Assembly (NCBI GenBank): GCA_934489015.1
Contig: CAKSSN010000002.1
Coordinates: 138,935-202,934 of the forward strand
Reading direction: 5' to 3'
Source of the DNA: an uncultured Clostridia bacterium
GTDB taxonomy: Bacteria > Bacillota > Clostridia > UBA1381
Length of the DNA: 64,000 bases
Positions 29,624 to 39,538 of the stretch are shown here, piece after piece. Both the position numbers and the translations under genes were made by a program. Within the stretch, counting starts at the first letter, position 1, and every line of letters starts with the position of its first letter. The notes under the pieces are model-generated. The model was not told where the DNA came from. It worked only from the letters and a program-made list of their open reading frames with translations, and did not search any database.

Positions 29624-30948
29624 TCAACTCTCCTTCCGGTAAGGTCGTATTCGTCGCAGTCGAGAATTTCAACCGTAACAAACTCGCCCATTTTAACCTC
29701 GTCCTCAGCGGCAAAATATACACTGCCGTCAACGTCAATTCCGTCTGCCATGCTTCTGCCGTAATATAAAAAGCAGTCCTCGTCATAGCCCTCGCAGATA
29801 ACCTCTGTTTTCGTGCCGAGCTTTTCTCTGTTTTTCTCAAGGCTTATATCTCTTTGAATATTCATTAAAATATCATATCTGCGCTGCTTTGTGTCCTCGT
29901 CTATCTGTCCGCCGAAAGAAGCTGCCGGAGTGTTTTCCTCCGGCGAATAGGTGAATACTCCCATTCTTTCAAAGCGCGCCTCGCGCACAAAATCGCAAAG
30001 CTCTTCAAACTGCGCCTCCGTTTCGCCCGGAAAGCCTACAATAATGGATGTTCTTATTGCAGCGTCAGGTATATTTTTTCTTATATCGGCTATTCTGCGC
30101 CTTATTTCATCGGACGTTGTGCGCCTTGCCATACGCCGCAGAATATCGTTATTTATATGCTGTATCGGCATATCTATATACGGGCATAGCTTTTTTTCAT
30201 GTGCAAACACGTCTATAAGCTCATCCGTTATCGCTTCGGTATAAAAATAGTGCACTCTTATCCATTTGAGCTTTTCTATGCCGCAAAGCTTTTTAAGAAG
30301 CTCTGCAAGACGGTATTCTCCGTAAAGGTCAATTCCATATCGCGTCGTGTCCTGAGCGATTACGATAAGCTCCTTTATACCACTCTCGGCAAGATTTTCG
30401 GCCTCCGCAAGAATATCCTCTTCTCTGCGGCTTCTGTATCTGCCGCGAATTTTCGGGATAGCGCAGTATGTACAGTTATTGTCGCACCCTTCGGCAATTT
30501 TAATGTAAGCCGACGTGCCGCCCGTCGTAAGTATTCTCGGCAGCCCCTCCGGGACGTCGCAGTCCATATGCCCGTAAAGAGCCGGTCTTTCACCGGTAAA
30601 CGCAATATCAATAATTTCGGCAATTTTGTCATAATCTCCTACGCCGACAATAGCGTCAATCTCCGGAAACTCCTTTAAAACCTCATCATTGTAGCGCTCC
30701 GCAAGACAGCCCGTTACAATAAGAAGCTTACATCTTCCCTTTTTATATTCCGCCATTTCAAGAATTGTATCTATCGACTCCTGCTTTGCGCTCTCTATAA
30801 AGCCGCAGGTGTTCACAATCAGCACATCCGCCTCGCCCGCGTCATTTACAAGCTTTGCGCCCTTTTCGGCAAGTATGCCGAGCATTATTTCGGAGTCAGT
30901 TCTGTTTTTCGCACAGCCGAGCGAAATCATTCCAATATTAAAATTCAT
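29620..30948 (-). CDS. rimO: Ribosomal protein S12 methylthiotransferase RimO
   Basis: MiaB-like N-terminal Cys triad, radical SAM CDNNCTYCAIP and a C-terminal TRAM domain. Confidence 0.85.
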   Translation of the reverse strand: MNFNIGMISLGCAKNRTDSEIMLGILAEKGAKLVNDAGEADVLIVNTCGFIESAKQESIDTILEMAEYKKGRCKLLIVTGCLAERYNDEVLKEFPEIDAIVGVGDYDKIAEIIDIAFTGERPALYGHMDCDVPEGLPRILTTGGTSAYIKIAEGCDNNCTYCAIPKIRGRYRSRREEDILAEAENLAESGIKELIVIAQDTTRYGIDLYGEYRLAELLKKLCGIEKLKWIRVHYFYTEAITDELIDVFAHEKKLCPYIDMPIQHINNDILRRMARRTTSDEIRRRIADIRKNIPDAAIRTSIIVGFPGETEAQFEELCDFVREARFERMGVFTYSPEENTPAASFGGQIDEDTKQRRYDILMNIQRDISLEKNREKLGTKTEVICEGYDEDCFLYYGRSMADGIDVDGSVYFAAEDEVKMGEFVTVEILDCDEYDLTGRRVD

Positions 30949-31402
30949 CTGTCATTAACCTTTCCAATGCGTTTTTTATATCGCCGAGCTCGTAGCCCCT
31001 GTAAATAAAATATCTTATAATCTTTTCGCGGTTTTTTCTTTCAAAATTTCCGCGCGCCTTTTTTTCAACAAGTCTTAAAAGCTCCTCCTCGTCATCCTCC
31101 ATATCCGAAAGAACCTCCTGCGCGGTTTCATCCGAAATGCCCTTTATTCTCAGCTCCGAATAAATTCTGCGCTTTCCGAGCCTTTTAAGCGCCGCCAGAT
31201 CATGAGCAAGCGCACGCGCATATCTCTCGTCATTTAAAAAGTTATATTCGCGGCAAAATTCAATTACTCTTTCTATGTCCTCTTCATCCGCACCGTATCG
31301 GATAAGCTTGTCGGAAAGCTCCTTTTCCGAGTGACTTCTGTATTCAAGAAGCCTGAGCGCCTTTTCCTTAACGTCCTCAAAGCTTTTTTTATCCTCATTC
31401 AT
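30938..31402 (-). CDS. recX: Regulatory protein RecX
   Basis: ALRLLEYRSHSEKELSDKLIRYG and repeated three-helix units, 154 aa. No recA in the window. Confidence 0.8.
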   Translation of the reverse strand: MNEDKKSFEDVKEKALRLLEYRSHSEKELSDKLIRYGADEEDIERVIEFCREYNFLNDERYARALAHDLAALKRLGKRRIYSELRIKGISDETAQEVLSDMEDDEEELLRLVEKKARGNFERKNREKIIRYFIYRGYELGDIKNALERLMTDEF

Positions 31403-32600
31403 TTTGATTTTTATCCTCTATAATAAAATATCCGAAAATTTTCCCGAAATCAACTCCGGCAACAACTCTGTTTTTGTACCTGTCAAGCAAATGCTTATAT
31501 CCCGAAGTAAGCGGCGTCGGACGAATGCCGTATTCAAGCGACAGATACGCCTCCATAAACGCTGACAAATGGTCGCAGCACCTTATAATTTCGCCGTCAA
31601 TCGGATTATACGCGTCATCGTTATAGCTCTCGTTAATTTTATCCGATGTTGTTTCAACAATTTCTCCGCCGTATACAATTTTTGAGGTAAACTCGTTTTT
31701 CGTAAAATATCTTACCTCATCATGCCACTTAGGCGGCAGCAGACGATAAACCGAGTTTTTCATTTCGTCGTCCTCAATGCCCTTTATAATATCATCAAGC
31801 CCCTCAACGCCTGTTTTTACAGGTGACACAATATCACGCGTGAGCGCTTCGGGAATATCATGAAAAAGTCCGCCGAAAAAGTCGTTTACAAGTCTTCTTT
31901 CGCACCCTCCCGCTTCAAGCACTGAAAAATATGAAAGTATCGCAACAACGAGCATATGCCCCATAACAAACGTGTTCGGCAATCTCGACGCCTTTGCCCA
32001 GCGCTGCTGATAGCGCAGCTTTCCGAGCAGCGACATAAACTCGCCAAGATACGGGCTTCCCATAAAATATTTATATCCTTCAAACGTGTCGCACCTTGCA
32101 AGACCCTTTGCCATTTCCTCTTTTACATTTTCAATCTCATAGGTTTTTGTGTTGAGCGGATATATTATCTGAAATTCAAAATATGTAGCCTGATAATGTG
32201 CCGCTCTCAAAATTTCCTTTTCAAGCGCGCTGTAGGAATTATCCTCATAATACATTCTCATGCGGTCAAAAAATCCGCCGCTTATAGGCTTTAAAATAGG
32301 TTCAAGCTGCTTTAAAACCCATTCGTTGAGCTGTTCTCCCTTTTCCTTTACAAGCCTGTGATAAATCGGAGGCTTAATATCGGTGAGAATAATTCTGTGG
32401 AAAAACTCAAATATTCCGCCCTCTGTAAGCCTGCGCCAATTAACATCCTTACCCTCGCATTTTGCAAGGACGTATGCGTAAAACATCTTGTGCGCCTGCT
32501 TGTCAAGCTCCGTAAAACCCGTCCACGGGCGTATATGATCGTTCCAGCGCTGAATTGCCGCCGCTTCATATATAGTTGTTATCAGCGATTTTGTAATCAT
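31395..32600 (-). CDS. HD-domain phosphohydrolase-like protein, function unknown
   Basis: H...HD motif (MGHMLVVAI...GGLFHDIPEALTRD). Start set to ATG 32600 (MITKSLITTIYEAAAIQRW) behind AAGAGGTG. Confidence 0.7.
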   Translation of the reverse strand: MITKSLITTIYEAAAIQRWNDHIRPWTGFTELDKQAHKMFYAYVLAKCEGKDVNWRRLTEGGIFEFFHRIILTDIKPPIYHRLVKEKGEQLNEWVLKQLEPILKPISGGFFDRMRMYYEDNSYSALEKEILRAAHYQATYFEFQIIYPLNTKTYEIENVKEEMAKGLARCDTFEGYKYFMGSPYLGEFMSLLGKLRYQQRWAKASRLPNTFVMGHMLVVAILSYFSVLEAGGCERRLVNDFFGGLFHDIPEALTRDIVSPVKTGVEGLDDIIKGIEDDEMKNSVYRLLPPKWHDEVRYFTKNEFTSKIVYGGEIVETTSDKINESYNDDAYNPIDGEIIRCCDHLSAFMEAYLSLEYGIRPTPLTSGYKHLLDRYKNRVVAGVDFGKIFGYFIIEDKNQNE

Positions 32601-32619
32601 GACCGCACCTCTTTTCAAA

Positions 32620-33282
32620 TTATATTTCCATACCATCCGGCAGCAAAAGACAATCTCTGCCGACACATAAAAAGTCCGTTTTGAATTTCTCATCATATCT
32701 TTCAAGTGCCGCAATAACCGTTTCCGGTTTAAGATTATATTCGTTTGAGCAAGAAAGCCGCATTTTATATGTTACAACATTCCCCTCTTTTTTCTCCTCA
32801 AAAAGTGAATAAATATGTTCTCTTATATCCGACTCTTTCTCGCCGCTCTTTGTTTTTTTCATAACTATAAGCGATTTGTTTTCAAGCACCTTTTCGATAT
32901 TGCACGGGCTTGCACCGCCGGCAAGCTCCGCCATAACTGTATAATCCGCACGGTCTATTTTGTTTACGTCAATCTCTTTGCCGACAAGCTTATGAATACC
33001 GGTTATTTTATATCCCGGCGGAAATGCGCCGTTTATTCTTTTCATTATTTCCTCTTCGGAAAACTCGTCGGTAAATCCGACCTTCATATATTCTCCGCCC
33101 GAAATAACGCCGACGGAAAGCGGTCTTGCAACCGTCATAACCGGGTGAGGATTAAAGCCCTCCGAATAAAGAAATTCAACTCCGCTTCTTCTCACCGTTC
33201 TGTGAAAAAGCCTCATAAAATCAAGGTGAGAAATATATTTCACGCGCTCGTCACGCGTATATTTTAAAATGTACTTACTCAT
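32620..33282 (-). CDS. Radical SAM-linked protein (TIGR03936/DUF2344 type)
   Basis: MSKYILKYTRDERVKYISHLDFMRLFHRTVRRSGVEFLYSEGFNPHP. Start ATG 33282 overlaps the upstream gene end by 8 nt. Confidence 0.75.
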   Translation of the reverse strand: MSKYILKYTRDERVKYISHLDFMRLFHRTVRRSGVEFLYSEGFNPHPVMTVARPLSVGVISGGEYMKVGFTDEFSEEEIMKRINGAFPPGYKITGIHKLVGKEIDVNKIDRADYTVMAELAGGASPCNIEKVLENKSLIVMKKTKSGEKESDIREHIYSLFEEKKEGNVVTYKMRLSCSNEYNLKPETVIAALERYDEKFKTDFLCVGRDCLLLPDGMEI

Positions 33283-35116
33283 AGCAAACCCCCGTTTTAA
33301 ATGAAGCCGCACCGCAGCCGGCACATTTTTCGCGGCAGTTTTGGGTTGTTTCCGCCCTGTGTGCCTTTTCACTCTCGCGCTGCAAAAATTTCTTTGTAAC
33401 GCCGACATCTATATGATCCCACGGGAAAATTTCATCATATGAGCGCTCCCTCGCCGTGTAAAAATCGGGATCAATTCCGCAGTCGTCAAAAGCCTGCATC
33501 CAAAGGTCAAAATTAAAATGCTCGTTCCAGCCGTCAAATTTGCAGCCGAGCTCAACCGCGCGCACTATAACCTTAGAAAGCCTTCTGTCTCCGCGCGCAA
33601 AAACGCCCTCTAAATAGCTTGTTTTATTATCATGCCAGTTATATCTTATGCGCTTTGATTTTATAGCGCCTTTTAATATATTCTGCTTTTCAATCATTTC
33701 CTCTCTTGTAGCCTGCCTTGCCCACTGAAACGCCGTAAACGGCTTCGGAACAAAGTTTGACGTGCTGACTGTTATATTAACATTCTTTGCGCGCTCCTCT
33801 TTCGGAGTTTCAAAATAAACCGAAAGCACCTTTTCCGCCAAAGCCGCAATTCCCTCAACGTCCTCGTCGGTTTCCGTCGGAAGCCCGACCATGAAATAAA
33901 GCTTAACCGTCGTATACCCTCCGGCAAAAAGCATTCTCACCGAATGAGCTATATCCTCTTCGGTTATATTTTTGTTTATAACGTCTCTCAGGCGCTGCGT
34001 CCCGGCTTCGGGCGCAAAGGTTATTCCCGATTTTCTTACCTTTTGAATTTTTTTCATAAGCTCAAGCGAAAAGTTATCAATTCTGAGTGACGGAAGAGAA
34101 AGATTTATCTTTTTTCTCTCCGTTATATCCAAAAGCCTGCTCGTAAGCTCCGGCAGCTGAGTATAGTCGCTTGTGCTGAGCGACGAAAGCGAAATTTCGT
34201 CAAAACCCGTTGACGAAAGAAGCTTTTCGGCAACATCTATAAGCCTGTCGGCGCTCTTTTCTCTGACAGGCCGGTAAACATATCCCGCCTGACAAAAGCG
34301 GCAGCCTCTTATACAGCCTCTGAAAACCTCCAAAACAGCTCTGTCATGCACAACCTCTCCGAACGGAACAATTACCTTTTCGGGAGTAAATACCGCCGTC
34401 ATATCATCAATAATGCGCTTTTTTATTTTTTCCTTTGCGTGCGGATTATTCGGCGTAATGCTCTTTACAGTTTTGTCCTCATTATATGAAACATCGTAAA
34501 ATGACGGCACATAAACGCCCGGTATATCCGCCGCCGCTTCAAGAAATTGCTTTCTCGTTTTTCCGCTGCCCTTCCACTCGGCGTATACGTCCATAAGCTC
34601 GTTTATGACCTCTTCACCCTCGCCGAGCATAAACAAATCAATAAAATCCGCAATCGGCTCCGCGTTATACGCACACGGTCCGCCCGCGCATACAAACGGC
34701 CGACCCTCTTTCCTGTCCGCGCTCAAAAGCGGAACTCCGGCAAGGTCAAGCATATTAACCACATTTGAATAAGACAGCTCATATTGAAGCGTAAAGCCGA
34801 GAAAATCAAAATTCGTAACCTCGTCGCCCGTTTCAAGCGCAAAAAGCTTCATATTCCTCTCGCGCATAAGGCTCTCCATATCCGTCCAGGGTGCAAAAAC
34901 CCTCTCGCAATAAGTATCGCTTCTTTTATTTAAAATGTGATATAAAATTTTTATGCCCAGATGCGACATTGCAATCTCATAAAGGTCGGGAAAGCAAAAG
35001 CCAAACCTTATTTTAACGCTTTGCTTATCCTTCATGCACGCGTTAAGCTCGCCGCCGGTATATCTTGTCGGCTTCTGAACCTGCATTAAAATTTTATCTC
35101 TTTGTGTAAAATACAT
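33275..35116 (-). CDS. B12-binding-domain-like radical SAM protein (TIGR03960 type), function unknown
   Basis: 613 aa with a radical SAM Cys motif, FRGCIRGCRFCQAG. Always-paired neighbour of the DUF2344 gene. Confidence 0.75.
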   Translation of the reverse strand: MYFTQRDKILMQVQKPTRYTGGELNACMKDKQSVKIRFGFCFPDLYEIAMSHLGIKILYHILNKRSDTYCERVFAPWTDMESLMRERNMKLFALETGDEVTNFDFLGFTLQYELSYSNVVNMLDLAGVPLLSADRKEGRPFVCAGGPCAYNAEPIADFIDLFMLGEGEEVINELMDVYAEWKGSGKTRKQFLEAAADIPGVYVPSFYDVSYNEDKTVKSITPNNPHAKEKIKKRIIDDMTAVFTPEKVIVPFGEVVHDRAVLEVFRGCIRGCRFCQAGYVYRPVREKSADRLIDVAEKLLSSTGFDEISLSSLSTSDYTQLPELTSRLLDITERKKINLSLPSLRIDNFSLELMKKIQKVRKSGITFAPEAGTQRLRDVINKNITEEDIAHSVRMLFAGGYTTVKLYFMVGLPTETDEDVEGIAALAEKVLSVYFETPKEERAKNVNITVSTSNFVPKPFTAFQWARQATREEMIEKQNILKGAIKSKRIRYNWHDNKTSYLEGVFARGDRRLSKVIVRAVELGCKFDGWNEHFNFDLWMQAFDDCGIDPDFYTARERSYDEIFPWDHIDVGVTKKFLQRESEKAHRAETTQNCREKCAGCGAASFKTGVCYE

Positions 35117-35129
35117 TACGGCTGCTCTC

Positions 35130-35567
35130 CTAATCCAAAATTTCTATGCTGTCGTCGCTCTTATCCTCTTTTTCCGGCTCATTTTTCTTCTTTTTAAAGC
35201 CGGAAATTGCGCCATTTAGTTTGTCAAAAAGTCCCGGCACCATATCAAGAAGCTTTGAAGCCGTTCCGCTGTCGCCGCTTGTCGGGATATATCTTACATT
35301 GCCGCCCGAAACAACAAGAAATCCTGCCGGCTTCACATTTGCGCCGCCGCCGCAGCCGCCACCGAACATTTTCTCCGAAACGGCAGAGCCTGCTTTCGGC
35401 GAAAAGTCGCTTCCGCCCGCACCGAAGCCGAACGAAACAGACGAAATCGGTATAATAACCGTATCGTCGCCGCACTTTACCGCGTCGCCCACAACAGTGT
35501 CAACATCAACCATTGCCTTAATATTGCTCATTGCCGAATTCATTAAATCGTTAATTGCATTATTCAT
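35130..35567 (-). CDS. ytfJ: Sporulation protein YtfJ (GerW family)
   Basis: VIIPISSVSFGFGAGG...GGGCGGGANVKPAGFLVV. Start set to ATG 35567 behind GGGAGAGAG. Confidence 0.8.
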   Translation of the reverse strand: MNNAINDLMNSAMSNIKAMVDVDTVVGDAVKCGDDTVIIPISSVSFGFGAGGSDFSPKAGSAVSEKMFGGGCGGGANVKPAGFLVVSGGNVRYIPTSGDSGTASKLLDMVPGLFDKLNGAISGFKKKKNEPEKEDKSDDSIEILD

Positions 35568-35588
35568 TTTTCTCTCTCCCATTCAAAT

Positions 35589-36158
35589 TTATCTGTACTT
35601 TCTCATAACACCAAGCGCTTTAATCCCTACAGGAATAATATGCACCGCACGCGTGCGGCATATACAGCATAAATATATATTAAAGCATTCGTTTCCAAAG
35701 TTCGGGTTTATTTCTATACTCTGCTTTTTAAGCAGCGTATTGTGGTGAATAACCGACAAAAGCATATATACTGCGGCATTTACCGCTCCGGTTAAAATCC
35801 CGGTAGCCGCCGCCGAGTCTGTTCCGAAATCGAGCTTAAACTCTATTTTCTCAACCACAATCGCGCGCCTTGCGGCATACGACAAAAGCTCCTTAAAATC
35901 GTCCTGCGCGGCAAGAAGCTTTTTTATTTTCGCGCCGCTATCCGCTTTCTTTTCAGGCTTTTTTTGTCCCTTTTCGCTGCTTTTTTGCGGCTTTTCTTTT
36001 TTCTCCTTTTTTTCAAGGGGAATTTTTATAAAGCCGATCTTTACATAGCTTTTCAGCGTTTTGTCATAAACAAGGTATATGCGAACCGGAATTAAAAGCA
36101 GCAAAGCCAAAACAGCCGCAACGCATAAAATAATTATCCAGGTCAATGTACCAATCAC
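35589..36158 (-). CDS. DUF2953-like membrane protein (YtfI-like partner of ytfJ)
   Basis: N-terminal TM helix and a Lys/Glu-rich linker. Positioned immediately upstream of ytfJ. ATGA overlap with scpB. Confidence 0.6.
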   Translation of the reverse strand: MIGTLTWIIILCVAAVLALLLLIPVRIYLVYDKTLKSYVKIGFIKIPLEKKEKKEKPQKSSEKGQKKPEKKADSGAKIKKLLAAQDDFKELLSYAARRAIVVEKIEFKLDFGTDSAAATGILTGAVNAAVYMLLSVIHHNTLLKKQSIEINPNFGNECFNIYLCCICRTRAVHIIPVGIKALGVMRKYR

Positions 36159-36820
36159 TCACCCTCTGAAATCACATCATTATTTTCATCCTTATTTCCC
36201 TGTGTATCCTCGTTTTCAGCCGACGCATTTGAGCTTTCACCGCTTGTTCGGTCAGCTGCTTCCTCCATCGACAAAACGTCCTCTTCGGCAACGTCATCAA
36301 CGCCCTCTGCGATTTTTGAAAGGTCAACCTCAGGCAGCGCTGTTAAATCGCTAAGCCCGAAACACCTTAGAAAATTAACCGTTGTTCCGTATAAAATAGG
36401 TCTTCCGGGCGCATTGAGTCTGCCTTTTTCTTCAACTAAGCCGCGCTCTAACAGTCTGTTTACGGAGCCGTCGGAATTAATTCCTCTTATATATTCAATG
36501 CCGCTTTTTGTAACCGGCTGCTTATATGCGATTATCGCAAGCGTTTCCATCGCCGCGTTTGAAAGCGCCTGTCGGCGCTGCTCACCGAGTATAACCTGAA
36601 TATATGTATAATATTCCGGACGCGAGCAAATCTGATAGCCGCCGTCAATATCTATAATCGCAAAGCCCCTGTGCTGATTGTTGTATTCCTCTTTAAGCTC
36701 GCATACGGCTGCGTCTATATCCTTTACGCTGCTTTCAAGCGCCGCCGCAAGCTGCGCCGTTTTAACAGGCTCGCCTGCTGCAAAAAGTATGCCCTCAACG
36801 GCATATTTAAGCTTATTCAT
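36155..36820 (-). CDS. scpB: Segregation and condensation protein B
   Basis: VEGILFAAGEPV, TLAIIAYKQPVTKSGIEYIRG, plus an acidic tail. Confidence 0.9.
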   Translation of the reverse strand: MNKLKYAVEGILFAAGEPVKTAQLAAALESSVKDIDAAVCELKEEYNNQHRGFAIIDIDGGYQICSRPEYYTYIQVILGEQRRQALSNAAMETLAIIAYKQPVTKSGIEYIRGINSDGSVNRLLERGLVEEKGRLNAPGRPILYGTTVNFLRCFGLSDLTALPEVDLSKIAEGVDDVAEEDVLSMEEAADRTSGESSNASAENEDTQGNKDENNDVISEGE

Positions 36821-36847
36821 CAGTTAAAAATCCTCTCAGGTTTATTT

Positions 36848-37597
36848 TTAGTTTTCCTCTTCCTCGTAAACCGCCGCGCCCTGCGCAATGACAAGCTCTC
36901 CGGTGTTTTCGTCATGCTCGGCATGAATTTTTGAAAGCTTAATCATCTCAAGCACGGCAAGGAATGTGGCAATCATTTCGGGCTTTGAGATATTGCCCGT
37001 AAAAAGCGAAATAAAGGTTATGCTTCTTCTGCCGTGAAGCCTTTTGCATACCTTTTCGACCATATCGTCAACGCTTACCTTTTCGTGACCGACAATGCCC
37101 GCAAACGCCGCTTTCTGCGGCTTCATGCGCCGCTCACGCCGCGACATAATGCTGTCAAAGGCGTCCATAAGCTCGCCAAGCTCATGATGACGACTGTACG
37201 GCGGCAGCGGAAACTCAATCTTTTCGCTTTCGCGGAAAATCATATTTTTTGTGGCAAACTCGTCCTTTCTCAGCTCCATTGACGCTTCTTTATACTTTTT
37301 GTAAAGAATAAGTCTGTTCGCAAGATCTTCTCTCGGATCCTCCTCCTCTTCCTCCTCCTTTTTCGGAAGAAGCATTTTAGACTTTATGTAAAGAAGCTGC
37401 GAAGCCATGACAAGAAATTCGCCCGTATAGTCAAGGTCTGCATTTTCCTCGCTGTTTATAATCTCTATATACTGATCGGTTATTTCAAGAATGGGAATAT
37501 CGTAAATATTCACCTTGTTTTTCTGAATAAGAGTCAGCAGAAGATCAAGCGGCCCCTCAAAATTATCAAGTCTGTAAGATACCTTTTCCATTTTCAT
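36848..37597 (-). CDS. scpA: Segregation and condensation protein A
   Basis: YRLDNFEGPLDLLLTLIQKNKVNIYDIPI. Confidence 0.9.
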   Translation of the reverse strand: MKMEKVSYRLDNFEGPLDLLLTLIQKNKVNIYDIPILEITDQYIEIINSEENADLDYTGEFLVMASQLLYIKSKMLLPKKEEEEEEDPREDLANRLILYKKYKEASMELRKDEFATKNMIFRESEKIEFPLPPYSRHHELGELMDAFDSIMSRRERRMKPQKAAFAGIVGHEKVSVDDMVEKVCKRLHGRRSITFISLFTGNISKPEMIATFLAVLEMIKLSKIHAEHDENTGELVIAQGAAVYEEEEN

Positions 37598-37604
37598 CTC
37601 CGCT

Positions 37605-38258
37605 TTATATAAATAATCCTACAATGTTTCTGACGGCTCTGAAAATAAATCCGTATACTATTCCGACGCCTCGTCCGATTATACCCTGAAATACGCCGAG
37701 TACGCAAAGGAGCATAAGAACATACATTATATAATGCTCATATTGCAATATTTTATAATACACGTTTCTCGGCATAAGCATACCGAAAATTTTAAATCCG
37801 TCAAGCGGCGGAAACGGTATCAGGTTAAATACCATAAAGCATAAATTAAGCTGTACAAATGTGTTTATAACAACATACGTCCACGAAATAACGCTGTCGG
37901 ACGCGCCGAGATTTCCCATTACAAGAACGATTATAACGCCTATCAAAAGCCCCAGAAACGCAAGTATAAAATTGGATATAGGTCCCGCAGCAGCGGTAAG
38001 AGCCATGCCCTTGTCGCGGTCTTTGTAATACATAGGGTTTATCTGAACGGGCTTTGCCCAACCGAAACCGGTGAAAATCATCAGAAGCGTTCCGATAATG
38101 TCAAGGTGCGCAAAGGGATTAAGCGTAAGCCTGCCCGTATTTCGCGGCGTAGGGTCGCCGAGCTTGCTCGACACATAGCCGTGAGCAAACTCATGCACCG
38201 ACAGCGCTATAAGCGTTGCCGGAACATTAATAAGTATAGTTGATAAACTTCTTATCAT
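37605..38258 (-). CDS. Site-2 protease family (M50) membrane metalloprotease
   Basis: HEFAHG zinc motif in TM1 and multiple TM helices, 217 aa. Confidence 0.8.
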   Translation of the reverse strand: MIRSLSTILINVPATLIALSVHEFAHGYVSSKLGDPTPRNTGRLTLNPFAHLDIIGTLLMIFTGFGWAKPVQINPMYYKDRDKGMALTAAAGPISNFILAFLGLLIGVIIVLVMGNLGASDSVISWTYVVINTFVQLNLCFMVFNLIPFPPLDGFKIFGMLMPRNVYYKILQYEHYIMYVLMLLCVLGVFQGIIGRGVGIVYGFIFRAVRNIVGLFI

Positions 38259-38285
38259 AAATATAATTCTCCAATCGCTGAAAGC

Positions 38286-39242
38286 TTAGTTATTGCTGAT
38301 TGCAACCGTTCCCGTAGAATCGTCCCAGCCGACAGAAAAGCCGATAAGGTCTGCAAGGTCACGGATTTTAAAGTAATTGTTTTCGTTTATGTTGTAAGCG
38401 CTGAGAACCTTTTCCTCACCGTTTACAATTATTTTTACATCATTTTTCGTAATTATCGCACCGGTAAGGTCTGCGCTTCCCGAAAGCTCGCCGCCGACCG
38501 GCGAATACTTTTTGCCGGTTGTAATGGAAATAGCGGAGGAAGCCGCATCCCAGCTTATACTGAAGCGGTTTACGCCCGTTGAAAGCACCATTGCGACGTC
38601 ACGGATCTTATAATAGTTGCTTCCGCTCGCAAAAACTCCCGCCATATCAACCGTGTTTCCGTTTACGCTCACGCGCGCCGTTGCCGGTCTTACGTTTATA
38701 TGAGTCGGCAGACTGTAGCGGTTTATAAAGTCCTGAAGCTTTGTTCTGTTCGGAAAATCGCCTACATAAAAGTCATCATCGTAAATATCCTCATAGGCAA
38801 GCGCTCCGAGCTGTGCAAAATCATTTTTTTTCACCTTTTCGCAGACAAGGCTGTTGCCCGAAAGGCTCAGGCGGTAATAATTAATATCAGATGTGTATCT
38901 GCCTATTTCCTTACCGACATAAATATTTTCTCCGCCCGCGTCATACACCGTAATATCCTCAAGGCACGCGCCCGTCACATTGTTCGGCACGTCAATTGTA
39001 GTCAAAACATTATCCTTAAAGGTTATTCCCGAATAAATTCCGCCCGACGCACCCTTTTTAAGCAAAAAGGCCTCCGGAATACCGTTTTGGTCAAGGTCGG
39101 TAAGAGCAATATCGGTATAGGACGGATTATTTGTCATAAGCTTCATAAGCCTTGTTACAAACAATTCTCTCCATGTTTCCTCTGCATGAACGCTTCCGGC
39201 AAACGATAATATAACCGCAAGTACGGCAGCTGTTTTTTTCAT
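38286..39242 (-). CDS. Secreted protein with two C-terminal stalk-like repeats, function unknown
   Basis: Signal peptide MKKTAAVLAVILSFAGSVHA. Repeats NYYKIRDVAMVL... and NYFKIRDLADLIGFSVGWDDSTGTVAI. Confidence 0.65.
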   Translation of the reverse strand: MKKTAAVLAVILSFAGSVHAEETWRELFVTRLMKLMTNNPSYTDIALTDLDQNGIPEAFLLKKGASGGIYSGITFKDNVLTTIDVPNNVTGACLEDITVYDAGGENIYVGKEIGRYTSDINYYRLSLSGNSLVCEKVKKNDFAQLGALAYEDIYDDDFYVGDFPNRTKLQDFINRYSLPTHINVRPATARVSVNGNTVDMAGVFASGSNYYKIRDVAMVLSTGVNRFSISWDAASSAISITTGKKYSPVGGELSGSADLTGAIITKNDVKIIVNGEEKVLSAYNINENNYFKIRDLADLIGFSVGWDDSTGTVAISNN

Positions 39243-39343
39243 CAAAATAATCATTCCTTTCAAGCGCACCGAAAATAAAAGGTAAAATTTATATGCAGCA
39301 AACTCCGCAAAATCGGTGCAGCCTTATGTATACATACATATTT

Positions 39344-39372
39344 ATTATAACCTAAATTTATTGATTTGTCAA
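39344..39372 (-). promoter_or_regulatory. Consensus promoter for the 38286..39242 gene
   Basis: Minus strand reads TTGACA-17 nt-TATAAT. The leader is about 100 nt. Confidence 0.6.
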
Positions 39373-39491
39373 ATCTGAAGAAAAAAATTAACATTTTCGC
39401 AAATTACGCGCGTTTTTTTGTGCAATTTGTTTAATAATTATATGCCGTTTTTATTAAAATACACTTAAAATTACAAATAAATCTTCGTCCT

Positions 39492-39523
39492 CAAAAAAAT
39501 GAGCATATCACGTCATATGCTCA
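39492..39523 (-). terminator. Bidirectional intrinsic terminator ending the oxidoreductase/isomerase operon
   Basis: TGAGCATAT / ATATGCTCA stem flanked by an A-run and a T-run. Confidence 0.8.
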
Positions 39524-39538
39524 CTTTTTAAATATTTT

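Noticed and set aside
35146-35748. 200-aa plus-strand ORF, plus other small ORFs over ytfJ.
   Set aside because: It is the mirror frame of the Gly-rich ytfJ sequence (Pro/Ser-rich product). YtfJ motifs are unambiguous on the minus strand.
39243-39343. A leader of about 100 nt upstream of the secreted-protein gene, with a 7-bp closing stem (GCACCGA...TCGGTGC), as a possible riboswitch.
   Set aside because: I recognised no conserved riboswitch core. The structure is modest and may just be a stabilising 5' UTR.
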